A stretch of 64,000 bases of DNA from Trypanosoma brucei (lineage: Eukaryota), in assembly GCA_000002445.1 (NCBI GenBank), contig AL929603.2, forward strand, positions 288,001-352,000. The letters are read 5' to 3'. This document shows, in pieces, positions 42,289-54,977 of this stretch. The stretch's first letter is position 1; each line of letters opens with the position of its first letter. Under the pieces are notes generated by a model. That model was not told the origin of the DNA. It saw nothing but the letters and a program-made list of their open reading frames with translations, and did not search any database. Both the position numbers and the translations under genes were made by a program.

Positions 42289-44058
42289 ATGGAAGGCAGT
42301 GCAACTGCGAAAGCGTATATGCTTCCGTCACCAGAACTACGCCCGGTGAGTGGGACGGGTGCTTGCAAGTACATTGTGGTTACTGGTGGGGTATGCAGTT
42401 CCCTTGGAAAGGGAGTAACAACATCAGCTACAGGAGCACTTCTGCGCGCTGAAGGATATCAGGTGTGCAGTATAAAAATTGATCCCTACATTAATATGGA
42501 TGCGGGGCTTATGAGCCCCTACGAACATGGTGAAGTATATGTTCTTGATGACGGAGGGGAAGTAGATCTCGATCTTGGAAACTATGAGCGTTGGATGTCT
42601 GTTCAGTTGCGGCGTGAGCACAACATCACGACCGGTAAGGTCTACCAGAAACTCATAAACAAGGAACGTCAAGGGGGTTTCTTGGGTAAAACCGTGCAGT
42701 TGGTTCCGCATTTCACAAATGATGTCGTTGAGTCCATTTTTAGAGTATCTCAGAGCCCAGTTGATGAAAGTGGTGCCCAACCTGAAATATGCATGATTGA
42801 GCTTGGTGGTACAGTGGGTGATATGGAGTCTCAACCCTTTGTTGAGGCGTTGCGTCGGCTTCGCTGCTTAGTGGGGCCGGATGAATTTTGTTTAATGCAC
42901 ACGACATACCTACCGGTGTTTGGCGGATCACAGAAGACAAAACCAACTCAACACAGCACGCGCACTCTTCTCTCTATGGGGCTACAACCCGATATTTTGA
43001 TATGCCGAAGTGAAAACCGACTGACTCCTGATGCGAAGGAGAAGCTGAGCAATTTGTGTGGAGTGCGATCTGGTGATATCGTGTCTGCCCCGAATGTGAG
43101 TTGCCTCTATGAGGTTCCCGTTGTTTTTACTAAGGATGGCTTGGTTGATCGGCTGGTTGAAAAGCTCAGACTTGTGAAGAGGACACCAGCCACCGATGTG
43201 CCTCGTATTGACACATACAAAACTTACGTTAAGATCCTTCGCAACATGAGTAACCCAACTGTGCGTATTGCCTTCGTTGGAAAGTACTTGCAGGACGCCG
43301 GGGATACGTACTTTTCAGTTCTTCAATGCTTTGAACACTGCCAAATTGCCCTGCAAGTGCGTCTTGACATTCTTTACGTAGACTCCGAGGAACTTGAGGG
43401 TCCTAATGCGGATGAGGCTCGAAAAGCACTTCTCGGTTGTGACGGCATATTTGTTCCGGGTGGTTTTGGTAATCGGGGAGTGGACGGCAAGTGTGCTGCT
43501 GCTCAAGTAGCTCGCATGAACAATATTCCTTATTTTGGTGTGTGTCTTGGCATGCAAGTAGCAGTTATTGAACTCAGCCGCAATGTAGTGGGTTGGTCAG
43601 ATGCCAATAGTGAAGAGTTCAACAAAGAAAGCACCCATCAGGTGGTTCGCATCATGGATTGTGATCGTAACAAAATGGGTGCCAACATGCACCTCGGCGC
43701 TTGTGATGTTCACATCGTTGAGAAGTCATCCATCATGGCTAAGATTTACTCGAAATCAAACATTGTTGTTGAGCGACACCGCCACCGTTATGAAGTAAAC
43801 ACCGCTTACTTTGAAGATTTGCGTAAGGCTGGGCTTTGCATCAGTGCCGTGACGGACCCCACATTTTCCTCTCGCTGTCGTGTTGAGGCTGTGGAGAATC
43901 CGTCGTTACGCTTTTTTCTCGCAGTGCAATTTCACCCTGAGTTTATTTCAACCCCAATGGATCCCGCGCCAACATATTTGTCGTTTATGGCAGCAGCAGC
44001 CAAGAAGGATTACGTCTGGCCGCAAAAGTGTTCTCAACGCCGGTTGAAACAGGCGTAA
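42289..44058 (+). CDS. CTPS: CTP synthase
   Basis: ATG at 42289. The N-terminal synthetase domain has KYIVVTGGVCSSLGKG, DPYINMDAGLMSPYEHGEVYVLDDGGEVDLDLGNYERW. The C-terminal glutamine amidotransferase domain has GVCLGMQ and HRHRYEVN. Confidence 0.9.
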   Translation: MEGSATAKAYMLPSPELRPVSGTGACKYIVVTGGVCSSLGKGVTTSATGALLRAEGYQVCSIKIDPYINMDAGLMSPYEHGEVYVLDDGGEVDLDLGNYERWMSVQLRREHNITTGKVYQKLINKERQGGFLGKTVQLVPHFTNDVVESIFRVSQSPVDESGAQPEICMIELGGTVGDMESQPFVEALRRLRCLVGPDEFCLMHTTYLPVFGGSQKTKPTQHSTRTLLSMGLQPDILICRSENRLTPDAKEKLSNLCGVRSGDIVSAPNVSCLYEVPVVFTKDGLVDRLVEKLRLVKRTPATDVPRIDTYKTYVKILRNMSNPTVRIAFVGKYLQDAGDTYFSVLQCFEHCQIALQVRLDILYVDSEELEGPNADEARKALLGCDGIFVPGGFGNRGVDGKCAAAQVARMNNIPYFGVCLGMQVAVIELSRNVVGWSDANSEEFNKESTHQVVRIMDCDRNKMGANMHLGACDVHIVEKSSIMAKIYSKSNIVVERHRHRYEVNTAYFEDLRKAGLCISAVTDPTFSSRCRVEAVENPSLRFFLAVQFHPEFISTPMDPAPTYLSFMAAAAKKDYVWPQKCSQRRLKQA

Positions 44059-44894
44059 AGGGAGTTGTGGCTTCAATAAGGAACAGAAAATTAAATATAT
44101 TCGTGGATAAAAAAGAGAGAAATGAGGGAGGGGGGAGGAGGAGGAGGGAAAAAAAAAAGGAGTTTTGTTGTTGTTAAGATGCGCTGTGTTTGGATACGGA
44201 GATGAAAACGAGTCTAGTGTATATATGTGTGTGTATGTGTGTGTGTGTAACAAGTGATACGCTTCGTATTCACGCTAGAAATGAGGTTAGTGGAGGAGAA
44301 CAAATTAATCGGGACGGCCATGACTTCCTCTTGAACGTTAACATAAACCGATTAATTCAATTCGTCAGACCAATGAAAAAAGAAAAGAAAAAAGAAAAGA
44401 AAAGAAAAAAGAAAAAAGAAAAAAGAAAAAAACATTTTAGGTGTCACAGCAGGGCCATTGGTCTGGTGGAGGTGGTGGAGGAACTACGTTACGGAATGTG
44501 CTGCTCGTTGTAAAGGAACAATATGAACGCTATTACACATACCACTTTTTTTTCCCCCTTTTTTTTTACTCGTAGCCGGTTTTTTGTTTTTGTTTTTCTT
44601 TCCGTGGAGGCGGGTTGCTTTCCGCAAGAAAACTTCAAGTAAAGAAGTGAGGGGTGAAAAAAAAAAACAACAAAACAACAAAAAAGTTTCATGTGTTCTC
44701 CTTTTTTTTTTTTTCTGCTTTTGCTTTTATTTTCTCCTCTTGTTGGGACCTGCGTGCCGTTCTGAAATTTGTATAACTCATGACAATGAAACTTCTACAA
44801 TAAAAACTCACAATATGAATGGAAGAAGAAGAGGCGATTTGACACCGCTGCGGGATGCGAAACTCTCCGGGAAACAAAAAAAAAGGGCTGGAAG

Positions 44895-44921
44895 ATATAT
44901 AAATATATATATATATATATT
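44895..44921. repeat. (AT)n microsatellite
   Basis: gatatataaatatatatatatatatat. Confidence 0.9.
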
Positions 44922-45340
44922 TGAGAATAGTAAAGAAGAGGAAAAAGAGAATTTTTTTTTTAAAAGAAAGTTTTTGTGTGAAGTGTGGAGAAGGGCTTTT
45001 TTTTTTTTGAAAAAAAAAAAGGTGCCGCTTTCGACACCAATGTGGATATTTGGCGCGCGCCTCTTCCTCCTCCTCTTTTGTCGTTTTCGTTTTCTTCTTT
45101 GGTGGTAACTACATCTGTATATAATATATATATATATATATATATATCCATGAAGGGGAAGTAAAAGAGAAAAAAAAAAGAGTCTAATAACGATAATAGC
45201 AATAATAATTATTATTATTTTAATAACAGTATTCGTCTCACTTCAAACTGAAACCGATATCACCAACTGCTAACCGCTATGGTTCCCAAGCTGCTTTACA
45301 CAATTAGTAAAAGACTGTGAGATTAACATTCCTTTTGTGC

Positions 45341-45353
45341 ATGTGTTTGTGTT

Positions 45354-45388
<35 letters not shown>
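45341..45388. repeat. (TG)n(TA)n compound microsatellite
   Basis: atgtgtttgtgtttgtgtat followed by (at)15. Confidence 0.9.
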
Positions 45389-45390
<2 letters not shown>

Positions 45391-46686
45391 CTTCGCTTCA
45401 ACACGTGATTATGAGTACCAAAATAAAGAGGAGGAGGAGAAAGAGAAAGAGAAAGAGAAAGAGGGGAAAATAAAAATATATATATACCGACATGCGGACT
45501 TTTAAATGAAAACTTGAGCAAATTTACACATAAGCACACACAAGAACAAAATGACGAATTGAATCATCCAGCACAGTTGTGTTTAATAAGGTTATTGAAT
45601 TGGTGTAGTGCATGAATGGCAGGCTACGTAATTATTGTTACTATTATTATTATTATGATGATGATGAGGGGGGTTACGCAAGTAACTAATGGCCCAGATG
45701 CGGATGTGCTGAAGGGAAAGAGCGCTTGAGTAAGAAATAAATATTATTGAAAGAAAGAAAGAAAAAGAAAAGAAGCAAAAATAAGGGGGAATGAATGTGG
45801 AGGGACGTCACGTTACGGTCGGCTGCTTTTTGTCTGTTTTTCTCTTCTGTTTTTCTCTTCTTTTTTTTTCCTTTTTTAATTATTTTTCCCTCCTTTCCCC
45901 CTTTTCCCCGCCATTCCTCATCTCTTTTCCCACAACATACTCGCGCGTATGTTCCTCCTTTTTTTCTCTTTTTTTTCCTTTTTTTAATTATTTTAGGGGT
46001 GAGGGAAAGAGGAGGATGGGGAATCGTATTGATTGTTGATAACGCAACAAAAAAAAAATAAAAAATAAAAATAAAGTCCATTAACGAACTATAGAATTTT
46101 TTTTTATTTTCAAAAAAAGAAGATATTCGATACATGCCGTAACACTTGTCGAAGAAAGCGAAGCATCTGAGGGACACCATTGGCGAAATTTTTCAAATCG
46201 CACCTGTGCGGGGTACTCATGTCGCTGAAGTTATCTTTTTTTTTTCTACTTTTTTCTTTTTGTTCTTTTTTATTTTTCTTTGTATGTGTTTGTGCGTTTG
46301 TGTGTCTCTTTGTGTTTTTTTAAACAAATAAAAAAGAAAGAGAAAAGGGGAAAAAGAAATTATTATTGTTTCCGTTTTCCCTTCCTTCTTTTACTTCTTG
46401 GCCAAAGATAATTCCCTCTATTAAAAAAAAAACAAAAAAACAAAAGCTTGTGGTTCAGTGGTACATCGCTAACGGATCGTTTTATTTTAATTTAATTTAA
46501 TTTCTTTTTCTTTGTTTTTGTTTCGTTTTTTTTTAAAAAAAAATAACACCCCCCTCCTCCTTGTGGAGACTGTCCGCCTGACTGCTTTTATTTCATTTTT
46601 ATCCTTTTTCTTTCTCCTTTCTCCCCCTCATTTCTCTTTTTAAAATAATAATAATAATACTACTAATAATAAACAATAAAGACAAA

Positions 46687-47988
46687 ATGAAGGACATTAG
46701 TTGCCCTACGGGGGAAACCGGCTCGATATTTGAGAAATCCAAGAAGTTTCAACATTTCTTTACGATGGATGGAGCTGTGGGGACATTGGTGGAAAGATGT
46801 GGTTTGGATCCATCTAAAATGGGTTCCATGTGGTCAACATCTGCACTTATCACGGATGAAGAAATAGTTCGTTACGTTCATAAATCCTACTTGGATGTGG
46901 GGGCCGATGTTATTTTAACAAATACTTATCAAATGCACGCCGCTGGATGTGCTCAGGCGGGAGTAACCATGAATGAAGTGGTAAACACCGCCGTCCGTGT
47001 TTTGTGCGACGGCATCACGCCTGAACGTGCGGCGGCAACAAAAGAGGCAAAAGTATGGGCTCAACATGTTATGAATAACAAAAGGAGCGAATTCGTAAAT
47101 GTGTTTGCTCCACTTTTTTATGGACCACGAGATGATGCATCAAAATGCCCGGTGTTGGTTGGTGGTAGTCTCGGATCATATGGAGCTTCACTCGGGAATG
47201 CGCAGGAATACCGCGGGGAATATGAGGTTAATGAAGACATCATCAGGGATTATTATGTAGGAAGGTTTATGGCCTTTGTGAACCATGTGGATGAGAAGGA
47301 GGCCCACTTGAAGGTGGATTTCATCATGATTGAAACAATTCCATTGTTAAATGAAGCAATAGAAATATTTACATGGCTGAAATATCAGAAGGAAGATGAG
47401 ACACTTCGGTCGGCACCGGTGTGTTTGTCATTTATTTCTTGTTTACGGGAACCGCGTCCTGACGTGACTGTTGATGATGCCACTTTGAATGAATGGTGGC
47501 TGGCGGCGGAATCAAACATCCGTCTTATTGATGGCAATACGTTTGAGAAGGCGTTTAATTCTCTAATGGAACTTCAGTTACCGCAGCTGGTTGGGTTTGG
47601 AACCAACTGCTGTAGTCCTCTTGAAGCGAGTGTCGTTGCAAGTGCTTTTCTCAAAAAGAAAAAGCATAAGGTGACGGACCCATCACTAGCGCTATTTTTG
47701 TATTCAAATTCTGGCGAAAACTTCAAGGAGGGGGAATGGCATTGGGGCGGTCAATTACCACGGGGTTCACATTCACCAACATCCAGCCCTAAGGAAACAT
47801 TACCATTTACAACATTACAGAGATTAATGTTGTGTTGCGAAGCTGATGTCCGCACCGCTGCTTTTTTTGCCTATCAGTTACTGCTTCAAAGGCCCGAAGC
47901 GGACGATTGGCTTTTCGATATTATCATCTGCGGCGGTTGTTGTCGTTCAACTCCTGAAGATATTGCTATGATACGCAGTTTAGTGTGA
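46687..47988 (+). CDS. homocysteine S-methyltransferase family protein
   Basis: ATG at 46687. MDGAVGTLVERCGLD...MWSTSALITDEEIVRYVHKSYLDVGADVILTNTYQ matches the HMT N-terminal consensus (LDGG.ATELE..G..L...LWSA..L...P..V..VH..Y..AGADII.T.TYQ). The C-terminal IICGGCCRSTPEDIAMI matches the GGCC metal-binding motif. Confidence 0.7.
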   Translation: MKDISCPTGETGSIFEKSKKFQHFFTMDGAVGTLVERCGLDPSKMGSMWSTSALITDEEIVRYVHKSYLDVGADVILTNTYQMHAAGCAQAGVTMNEVVNTAVRVLCDGITPERAAATKEAKVWAQHVMNNKRSEFVNVFAPLFYGPRDDASKCPVLVGGSLGSYGASLGNAQEYRGEYEVNEDIIRDYYVGRFMAFVNHVDEKEAHLKVDFIMIETIPLLNEAIEIFTWLKYQKEDETLRSAPVCLSFISCLREPRPDVTVDDATLNEWWLAAESNIRLIDGNTFEKAFNSLMELQLPQLVGFGTNCCSPLEASVVASAFLKKKKHKVTDPSLALFLYSNSGENFKEGEWHWGGQLPRGSHSPTSSPKETLPFTTLQRLMLCCEADVRTAAFFAYQLLLQRPEADDWLFDIIICGGCCRSTPEDIAMIRSLV

Positions 47989-50097
47989 GGTTGTTTTTTT
48001 TTATTTTTCGTTATTTGACAGCACTCACTTATCTTTACCATGGTGTTTCTCCGTTATAGGTATGGAGTTACGATTTTTTTTCCTTTTTTTTCCTTTTCAA
48101 ATATTGTTTTTCTTATATTGTTCCTTTTTCTTTTTCGTATCTTTTCTCATTTTTCTTTTTTTTTTCTGGGGTGGAGCTATGATTTTCATGACTAGTGACA
48201 GAGCCCCCATTCATTTCCCTTCTTTTTTCTTTTTTCTTTTTTCCTTTTTTCCTTTTTTCTCTATTCCTTTCCTTTCCTCAACGAAAAAAGAAGAAAGTGA
48301 AAATGTTGTAAGTGAATTAACCAAAATTCAAAAAAAAAAGCAGCAAAGAAAGAAAAATAAAAGGAAAAGAGGATACAACAACAGAAGCAATCAAACAAAT
48401 AAACAAAGAAATAAACACATCAACACAAGAATTCAAGCCAGAATAGAAACAACAAAAAGAAATGATGTTGAAGTGAAAGCGGCTACTTTTTAGTGTGCAG
48501 CGGCCAGTGTTTTTTTCTTTTTTGGTCCGGCACCTTCATTTCGTTTTTATCGTTTTGCTGCAAGAGAAAAAGAAAAGAGGAAGGGATTATTATCTGAATT
48601 TATTTGATGAAGGATAATTTGAAAGTGTTTTCACTTTTATTGTTTAGTTTCGTTTTGTTTGTAGTGGTTATTGTAACGCCGGTGACGGTTAAGATAGAAA
48701 ATCACACGTAACGGAGGGATGATTTTTAAAATCAAAGAGATTTTTTAATATTAAAGAGAAGAAAAACAAAGACGTAAATTGAAAAAAAAAAAGCACACAG
48801 TGGTGAAGTTTGACCACAGACATGAATTTAATTTAACGTTCCAATGACAAACGAAACAAACACACGTTTATTAAACATTTTTGTGATCGTTGTCATTGTT
48901 GTTATCACTTACTCTCTTTTACCCTGTCGTCTTTCTTTCTTTTTTTTTTTTAGTGCTGTGATTACCAAATTTTTTCCCCTGTTTAAATAATATATCTAAT
49001 CATAAATAAATATATATATATTTCTATATTCCCCTCCCATTTCCCCCATTTTCCTACTAAACTATCATCCGTTATTTCTCTTTTTCTTTTCTTTTATTAT
49101 TTTTATTTTTTCCCCCTTTATCTTGTTTCATAATTTGTTTTTTTTTCTTTTTAAATCGAACGGATGATGTTTAAAAGGAGGGGAAAATGTTGTTTAAAGA
49201 TTATTTATAACCTCCATAGCACACGGACACACACACACACACACAAAAACAAAAACAAAAATAAAAAAGAAAAAAACGGAGGAAAATGAATTAAATAATA
49301 GATATATTATTATATCAGTAAGAGGGGAGAGATATATAACGTATAAAAAAGGAAAAAAAAAACAACGTGGAGGAAAAATAAGAATAATGTGAGGGGAAAA
49401 TACAATAGAATGTTTGAGTGCCGAATTTGTGTGCATGTGTTTTTAGCAACAGATGAAAATGCTGGCGACATTAGGGGGTGTAAAAAAAAAAAAGAAAAAG
49501 AAAAAAAAAGAAAAAAAGAAAAGAGGGTTCGTAGGAATATTCATTTCAAAAGCAATAAAACGGAGAACACAAATGTCTCTATGTGGAAATATTGGCGAGA
49601 GTACCGCTGTTGTTTTGATGATATGTTTCAATTTTTTTTCCCCCTTTACTTTTGGTTTTTCCATTAATAATTCTTCACTTTTTTACACACTCTTTCCTCT
49701 CTCTCTCTCTTTTTTTCTTTTATCATTTTATGTTTTGCAAGTTTCTGATGACACGTATGAAAGTTGCCTTCACTGAGGCACGAGTTTTGGTTTCGCAACT
49801 TTGCATTTTACAAACCGTCAAAACCCACATGAGTAAATGTTCCCTCAAATCCCTTTTCCTTTTGTTATTATTATTATTTTGTTGTTATTATTTTCACTGA
49901 TTTAAGACTATTCATCTCAATTCTTTTCCTTTTCCATTTTCCCTTTTCTTCTTTTTCCCCTTTTCCCCTTTTTTTTTTTCCACTTTTAAATTATTTACAT
50001 CCGTCTTTAGTTGTTGCCTCTGTTGTTGCCAATTTCTTTCCCCCCCTCCCATACGTGTAGCTGCAAAGCAAAGAAAAAATAATAATAAATTAAAACA
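47989..50097. repeat. 2.1-kb low-complexity intergenic spacer (T/C-rich then A/G-rich blocks, (AC)n-(AAAAC)n at 49227-49262)
   Basis: Strongly biased composition. The track ORFs within it (48062..48493, 49389..49667, 49453..49776, 49652..49900) are homopolymer-like artefacts. Confidence 0.8.
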
Positions 50098-51021
50098 ATG
50101 ACAGAGATTGTGTCGGATAATTACTTTCCACCTAACGACAAATTGGGAGAAACTCCCTCGGTTCCGAACGAAGCAACTCCACCTCTCGAATCGCCCTCAA
50201 GTACCACTGAAAACGCAACATCATTAAAAAGGGAGGAGAACACATCGGCGTTACATTCAAACTCACTTTTGGACACATCATCAAGTATATGCGCATTTGA
50301 GTTTAATTTTGTTATTGAACAGGATGAAACAGTGCGTGGCGCAATTGAGACTATTAATGCTCTCATGCAAGCGGGTGACATTAATGGGGCGGTAGCGGTA
50401 GCTGAAGCGAGTCAACTTACTATTGATATGTTAGCGCTCAATGGAACACAACTGGCGACTGCAATGAATATGACGCTAAAATATGCGGTGCGGCCGATAT
50501 GTGGCGCTTTCTTATTTTTATTTGATACCGCCTTTGGTGTGTGGGCGATGGTGCCCTCATTAGAGGGAATTTTGAGAAAAACAGCACACAAAGTTGAAAA
50601 TAATAATACCACCGCCACTTCTTACGTAGCAACGCGTGAGAAACCTTTCTTATGGGGTATTACAGGCGGAATGGATGTTACAAATCGGGTGTACGCGGAG
50701 GTGACGATGCTCGTTGTTTGTGTTATTCTTTGTTTGCTTATTTTTAGTATTCGCCGTTTGTTTAGGCATTATTCTGCGAGCATTGACACTTTGGAAGCTT
50801 GGAAACAAAAAAGTTGGCATGTCCAGGCAAATGGTGCGTATTCGCCAGCTCCTCTGTTACCGTTGGCTGTAAACCATACGCACGTTGAGACACTCGCATG
50901 GGAGGATGGATTGCAGTTTGCCAACAAATCAAAGTCACTGCATAATATTTCTCCCACGTCGTCTGGAGCGAACTTAGTGGAAGATAACATGAGCCCAATA
51001 TCACTTTCACGCACCATGTAG
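50098..51021 (+). CDS. hypothetical membrane protein (Ser/Thr-rich N-terminus, 2-3 predicted TM helices)
   Basis: ATG at 50098. Hydrophobic segments ICGAFLFLFDTAFGVWAMV and VTMLVVCVILCLLIFSI. No homolog recognised. Confidence 0.4.
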   Translation: MTEIVSDNYFPPNDKLGETPSVPNEATPPLESPSSTTENATSLKREENTSALHSNSLLDTSSSICAFEFNFVIEQDETVRGAIETINALMQAGDINGAVAVAEASQLTIDMLALNGTQLATAMNMTLKYAVRPICGAFLFLFDTAFGVWAMVPSLEGILRKTAHKVENNNTTATSYVATREKPFLWGITGGMDVTNRVYAEVTMLVVCVILCLLIFSIRRLFRHYSASIDTLEAWKQKSWHVQANGAYSPAPLLPLAVNHTHVETLAWEDGLQFANKSKSLHNISPTSSGANLVEDNMSPISLSRTM

Positions 51022-51120
51022 TGTAGTTTCTGCAGAGTGTTGCGAAAAATTATGAGTGCGCGTATGTGTGGTTGGAATCCCTGGCTACCTTGTCCATCAA
51101 ATGCAAAGTCGCAGCTATAT

Positions 51121-51208
51121 TGTAATTGTGATTGTGATTGTGTTACTGTTACTACTAATACTGCTACTGCTACTATTACTATTACTATTACTACTACCCG
51201 CTGCTGGC
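51121..51208. repeat. imperfect (TGT/TAC/TAT)n trinucleotide-period repeat
   Basis: tgtaattgtgattgtgattgtgttactgttactactaatactgctactgctactattactattactattactactac. Translates as poly-Leu / poly-Ile-Thr in the track ORFs 51056..51274 and 51037..51300. Confidence 0.85.
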
Positions 51209-51556
51209 TGTATGATTACTGCCGGCTCTTTAAAAACACTTCCGCTAACGCTGCGTGTTCTATTAGTTTTGTAACGCGCACGAATACATTGTTGAAGTGA
51301 TTTCACATCGTGATATCTACGCTTGTTGAAAACCATCAAATCTGTGGTCGCGCTGACTGAAGTTTCAGTATATATATATATATATATGCATGTACGTGTT
51401 TATTTGTTTATTCATTTACTCTTCCCACTTTATTGTCCTTATTTCTCATTTTTATTATCAACGTGATTGCTTCCCCAAATAAAAACGGTACTCTTGCGAT
51501 TCATTTGTGTAAGAGGGGAAGGTGTGTGTGTGAAAAGCCTTTATGTTAATAGCAGA

Positions 51557-52849
51557 ATGTCACTTCTAGTTGCTCTCGTACGCGTCATCGGGTTTGTTCT
51601 ATTCTTTACCGCCCTATTGCGGGTGAAGAAAACTCGCGTCCGACACCTTCCCTCGCGCCGTACGCGTGTGTCACGGCATCAAGGTGAGACATGCATATGG
51701 TTGGAGCGATTAACGAGTGCTGTGTTTGACATTTTTTATAGCGCGATGCGTGAAGGGAATGAACCCGACACGAGGGAGCAGCGAGGGCAAAGCCAAAACA
51801 ATTCGTGCGAAGGAGATTTTGCGGCCAACTCAGCGCGGCGTGAGGATAAAAGCTGCGGTGGCGGTGGCGGAGTTGGTGGGGATGCATGGCGTTTTGTAAG
51901 ATTAATTGAGGAACATGTGGAGGCACTGCTAGAGGATCGTGGCATAGCTGCATGCGCAACTTTCAACATACATTCACTTGGCGATAAGCCACCCATTATA
52001 CGAGCCATACGGGTAATAAACCGTACAGGAATGGAATCCGTCCCACCAGGTTCTGCTGCTCCGGCGACAGGGAGTGGCAGCCCCGGATCTGGTGATAAAG
52101 ACACTGCCACGCCTTCCACAGTTGTTGTACCACCCGCCCTTAACGCTAACACCTCCACTAGTATCAATGCCACCGGAGTTAAACCAGTGGTTTCGCACAA
52201 AACGAAGCTTCGTCCCTCTCAACTTACCTTGTATCCAACAGGTGACGGTACGGAGAAATGGCACAACGAAATGCACCCGGACGAGGCTGTGGCAGCTGCG
52301 CCGTCAGCGGCAAACCCCATTCTATCGTGTTTACCTCCACTGCCGGCAACAGCAATTGAACTGGAGGCTGAAGTGGAGTATGCTGGGGATATTGACGTAA
52401 GGTTGCAGGCTGATATTTGCCTCGCACGTGGAAGGCGATTACCGGTGTTTATTCGTGTTAGTGACGTTGAATACATCAAAGCCCATGTGAGACTGCATGC
52501 CACGCTGAAGCATGAAAATGCCACGATGGATACTCAGCGAAAGCCGTACCTCCAGTGTACTTTATGGCTTGAATCGGAGCCAACGTTCTCCTTCAAAATG
52601 TCCACGGTCTTTAGTTTCCATGGGATTCGCGATTTCTTCGCCGTTCCGGTTGTAGCTAAGTTTTTGTTTCTCCGCCTTGTTAACTATCGCATGTTGTATC
52701 CGCGTGGCGCGGGTTTGTCATTTAATATTCCCCTCCCAGAAGACGTGGTGGACGGTGGCGTTTATCCCTGGTTTTCGCCCATGGATGACGTTGGGACGGT
52801 GGCGACTCCCTCGCTAAATAGTTTTATGATGGGGCGCGGTGCATTGTGA
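51557..52849 (+). CDS. hypothetical protein with N-terminal signal-anchor
   Basis: Track ORF starts at TTG 51467; first ATG is 51557 (MSLLVALVRVIGFVLFFTALLRVKK). A Ser/Pro/Thr-rich linker is followed by a C-terminal folded region (LPVFIRVSDVEYIKAHVRLHATLKH...). A possible lipid-transfer (SMP-like) fold is speculation only. Confidence 0.4.
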   Translation: MSLLVALVRVIGFVLFFTALLRVKKTRVRHLPSRRTRVSRHQGETCIWLERLTSAVFDIFYSAMREGNEPDTREQRGQSQNNSCEGDFAANSARREDKSCGGGGGVGGDAWRFVRLIEEHVEALLEDRGIAACATFNIHSLGDKPPIIRAIRVINRTGMESVPPGSAAPATGSGSPGSGDKDTATPSTVVVPPALNANTSTSINATGVKPVVSHKTKLRPSQLTLYPTGDGTEKWHNEMHPDEAVAAAPSAANPILSCLPPLPATAIELEAEVEYAGDIDVRLQADICLARGRRLPVFIRVSDVEYIKAHVRLHATLKHENATMDTQRKPYLQCTLWLESEPTFSFKMSTVFSFHGIRDFFAVPVVAKFLFLRLVNYRMLYPRGAGLSFNIPLPEDVVDGGVYPWFSPMDDVGTVATPSLNSFMMGRGAL

Positions 52850-53298
52850 CGATGAATAACCGTTGCCGCCTTTTATATATATGTGTGTGTGTGTATGTGT
52901 GTTTTATATTTTTTCATTGTGCCTTGGGCTGTACGATGGTGGTGCCGGTGTGATTCTCAACTGGAGAAGTGAAATCTGCCTTTCATTTAAGGTAGTATTT
53001 ACGGGTGAGCGAAATGAGGAGATCCAGTCGCGAGGCGAGGGTAAATGCGGTGACATTTACGTTGAATGTGTATGCCTTTGCGCAGCGTCGTTGTGCATTT
53101 GCCCTCAGTGAATACTTTAGGTGCTTCACCTCGCAGAAAGAGGCGAGAAGTGGAAGGAACGCAAAGAGCTGACACGTATAGAAATAAGTGTGTTTTATAC
53201 AGTGTGCCGAACTATGGCCGCATGTATCTTTTTTCTTCTGTTTGTATCGTACCTTCCCATTCAATCTTCACAATGGAAGCAGTGATTGGGGTGCATAG

Positions 53299-54519
<1,221 letters not shown>

Positions 54520-54977
54520 GTGACATCCTTTCACATCATTGGATTTACCTGTCGTGTTGTTGGAGTTCAAACCATATTGTTAGGAAAGGCACTTCCAACT
54601 CAACGAAGATGGGTGGTGGATATGGTTGGAGCTATCCGTTCACAGATAAGAGCGTCAACGAAAGGAAAAAAAAATACATATAGTCACATTACCACTCCTT
54701 AATGTATTAGGTTACCTGCAAGCGCGCATGGCACCTCTTCATAATAGTATATCCTTTAAGTATGTCGTAATATTCAAGGAGAATTTTTTTCTGTTGATAT
54801 CCATTTAAACGCCAGGAGGGAATTACTCTCTTCTTTTTTTAGAATCTCCTTGTTTGTTTTTCTTTTCAGTGCTCAGTTTTGATTTAATTTATTATTGACA
54901 CCCATATCCTCTTCGACCTGTCGAAGGACCTTACCAGGGGGGAGGGAGGGGGGAAAGGAGAGTGAATTTTGTCATTT

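Larger units (their letters stand above)
44059..46686. repeat. 2.6-kb low-complexity intergenic spacer (alternating polypurine/polypyrimidine blocks, (GAAAAG)n at 44375-44432, several (AT)n/(TG)n microsatellites)
   Basis: No ORF with non-biased composition. The track ORFs inside it (44190..44513, 44584..45108, 45686..46180 and others) are Lys/Phe/Leu homopolymer translations. Confidence 0.8.

Noticed and set aside
44190-46331. Track ORFs inside the low-complexity spacers (44190..44513, 44584..45108, 45686..46180, 45791..46061, 48062..48493, 49389..49776)
   Set aside because: Lys/Phe/Leu/Glu homopolymer-like translations of (GAAAAG)n, poly-T and poly-A runs. They are not plausible proteins.
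46443-46476. tRNA-like 5' fragment gcttgtggttcagtggtacatcgctaacgg
   Set aside because: It resembles a tRNA D-arm (GGTTCAGTGGTA) but has no complementary D-stem, no T-arm (GTTCRA) and no acceptor 3' half. It is at most a degenerate remnant.
51037-51339. Poly-Leu / poly-Ser-Asn ORFs (51056..51274 +, 51115..51339 -)
   Set aside because: Translations of the imperfect (TAC/TGT/TAT)n trinucleotide repeat at 51121-51208 in the intergenic region.
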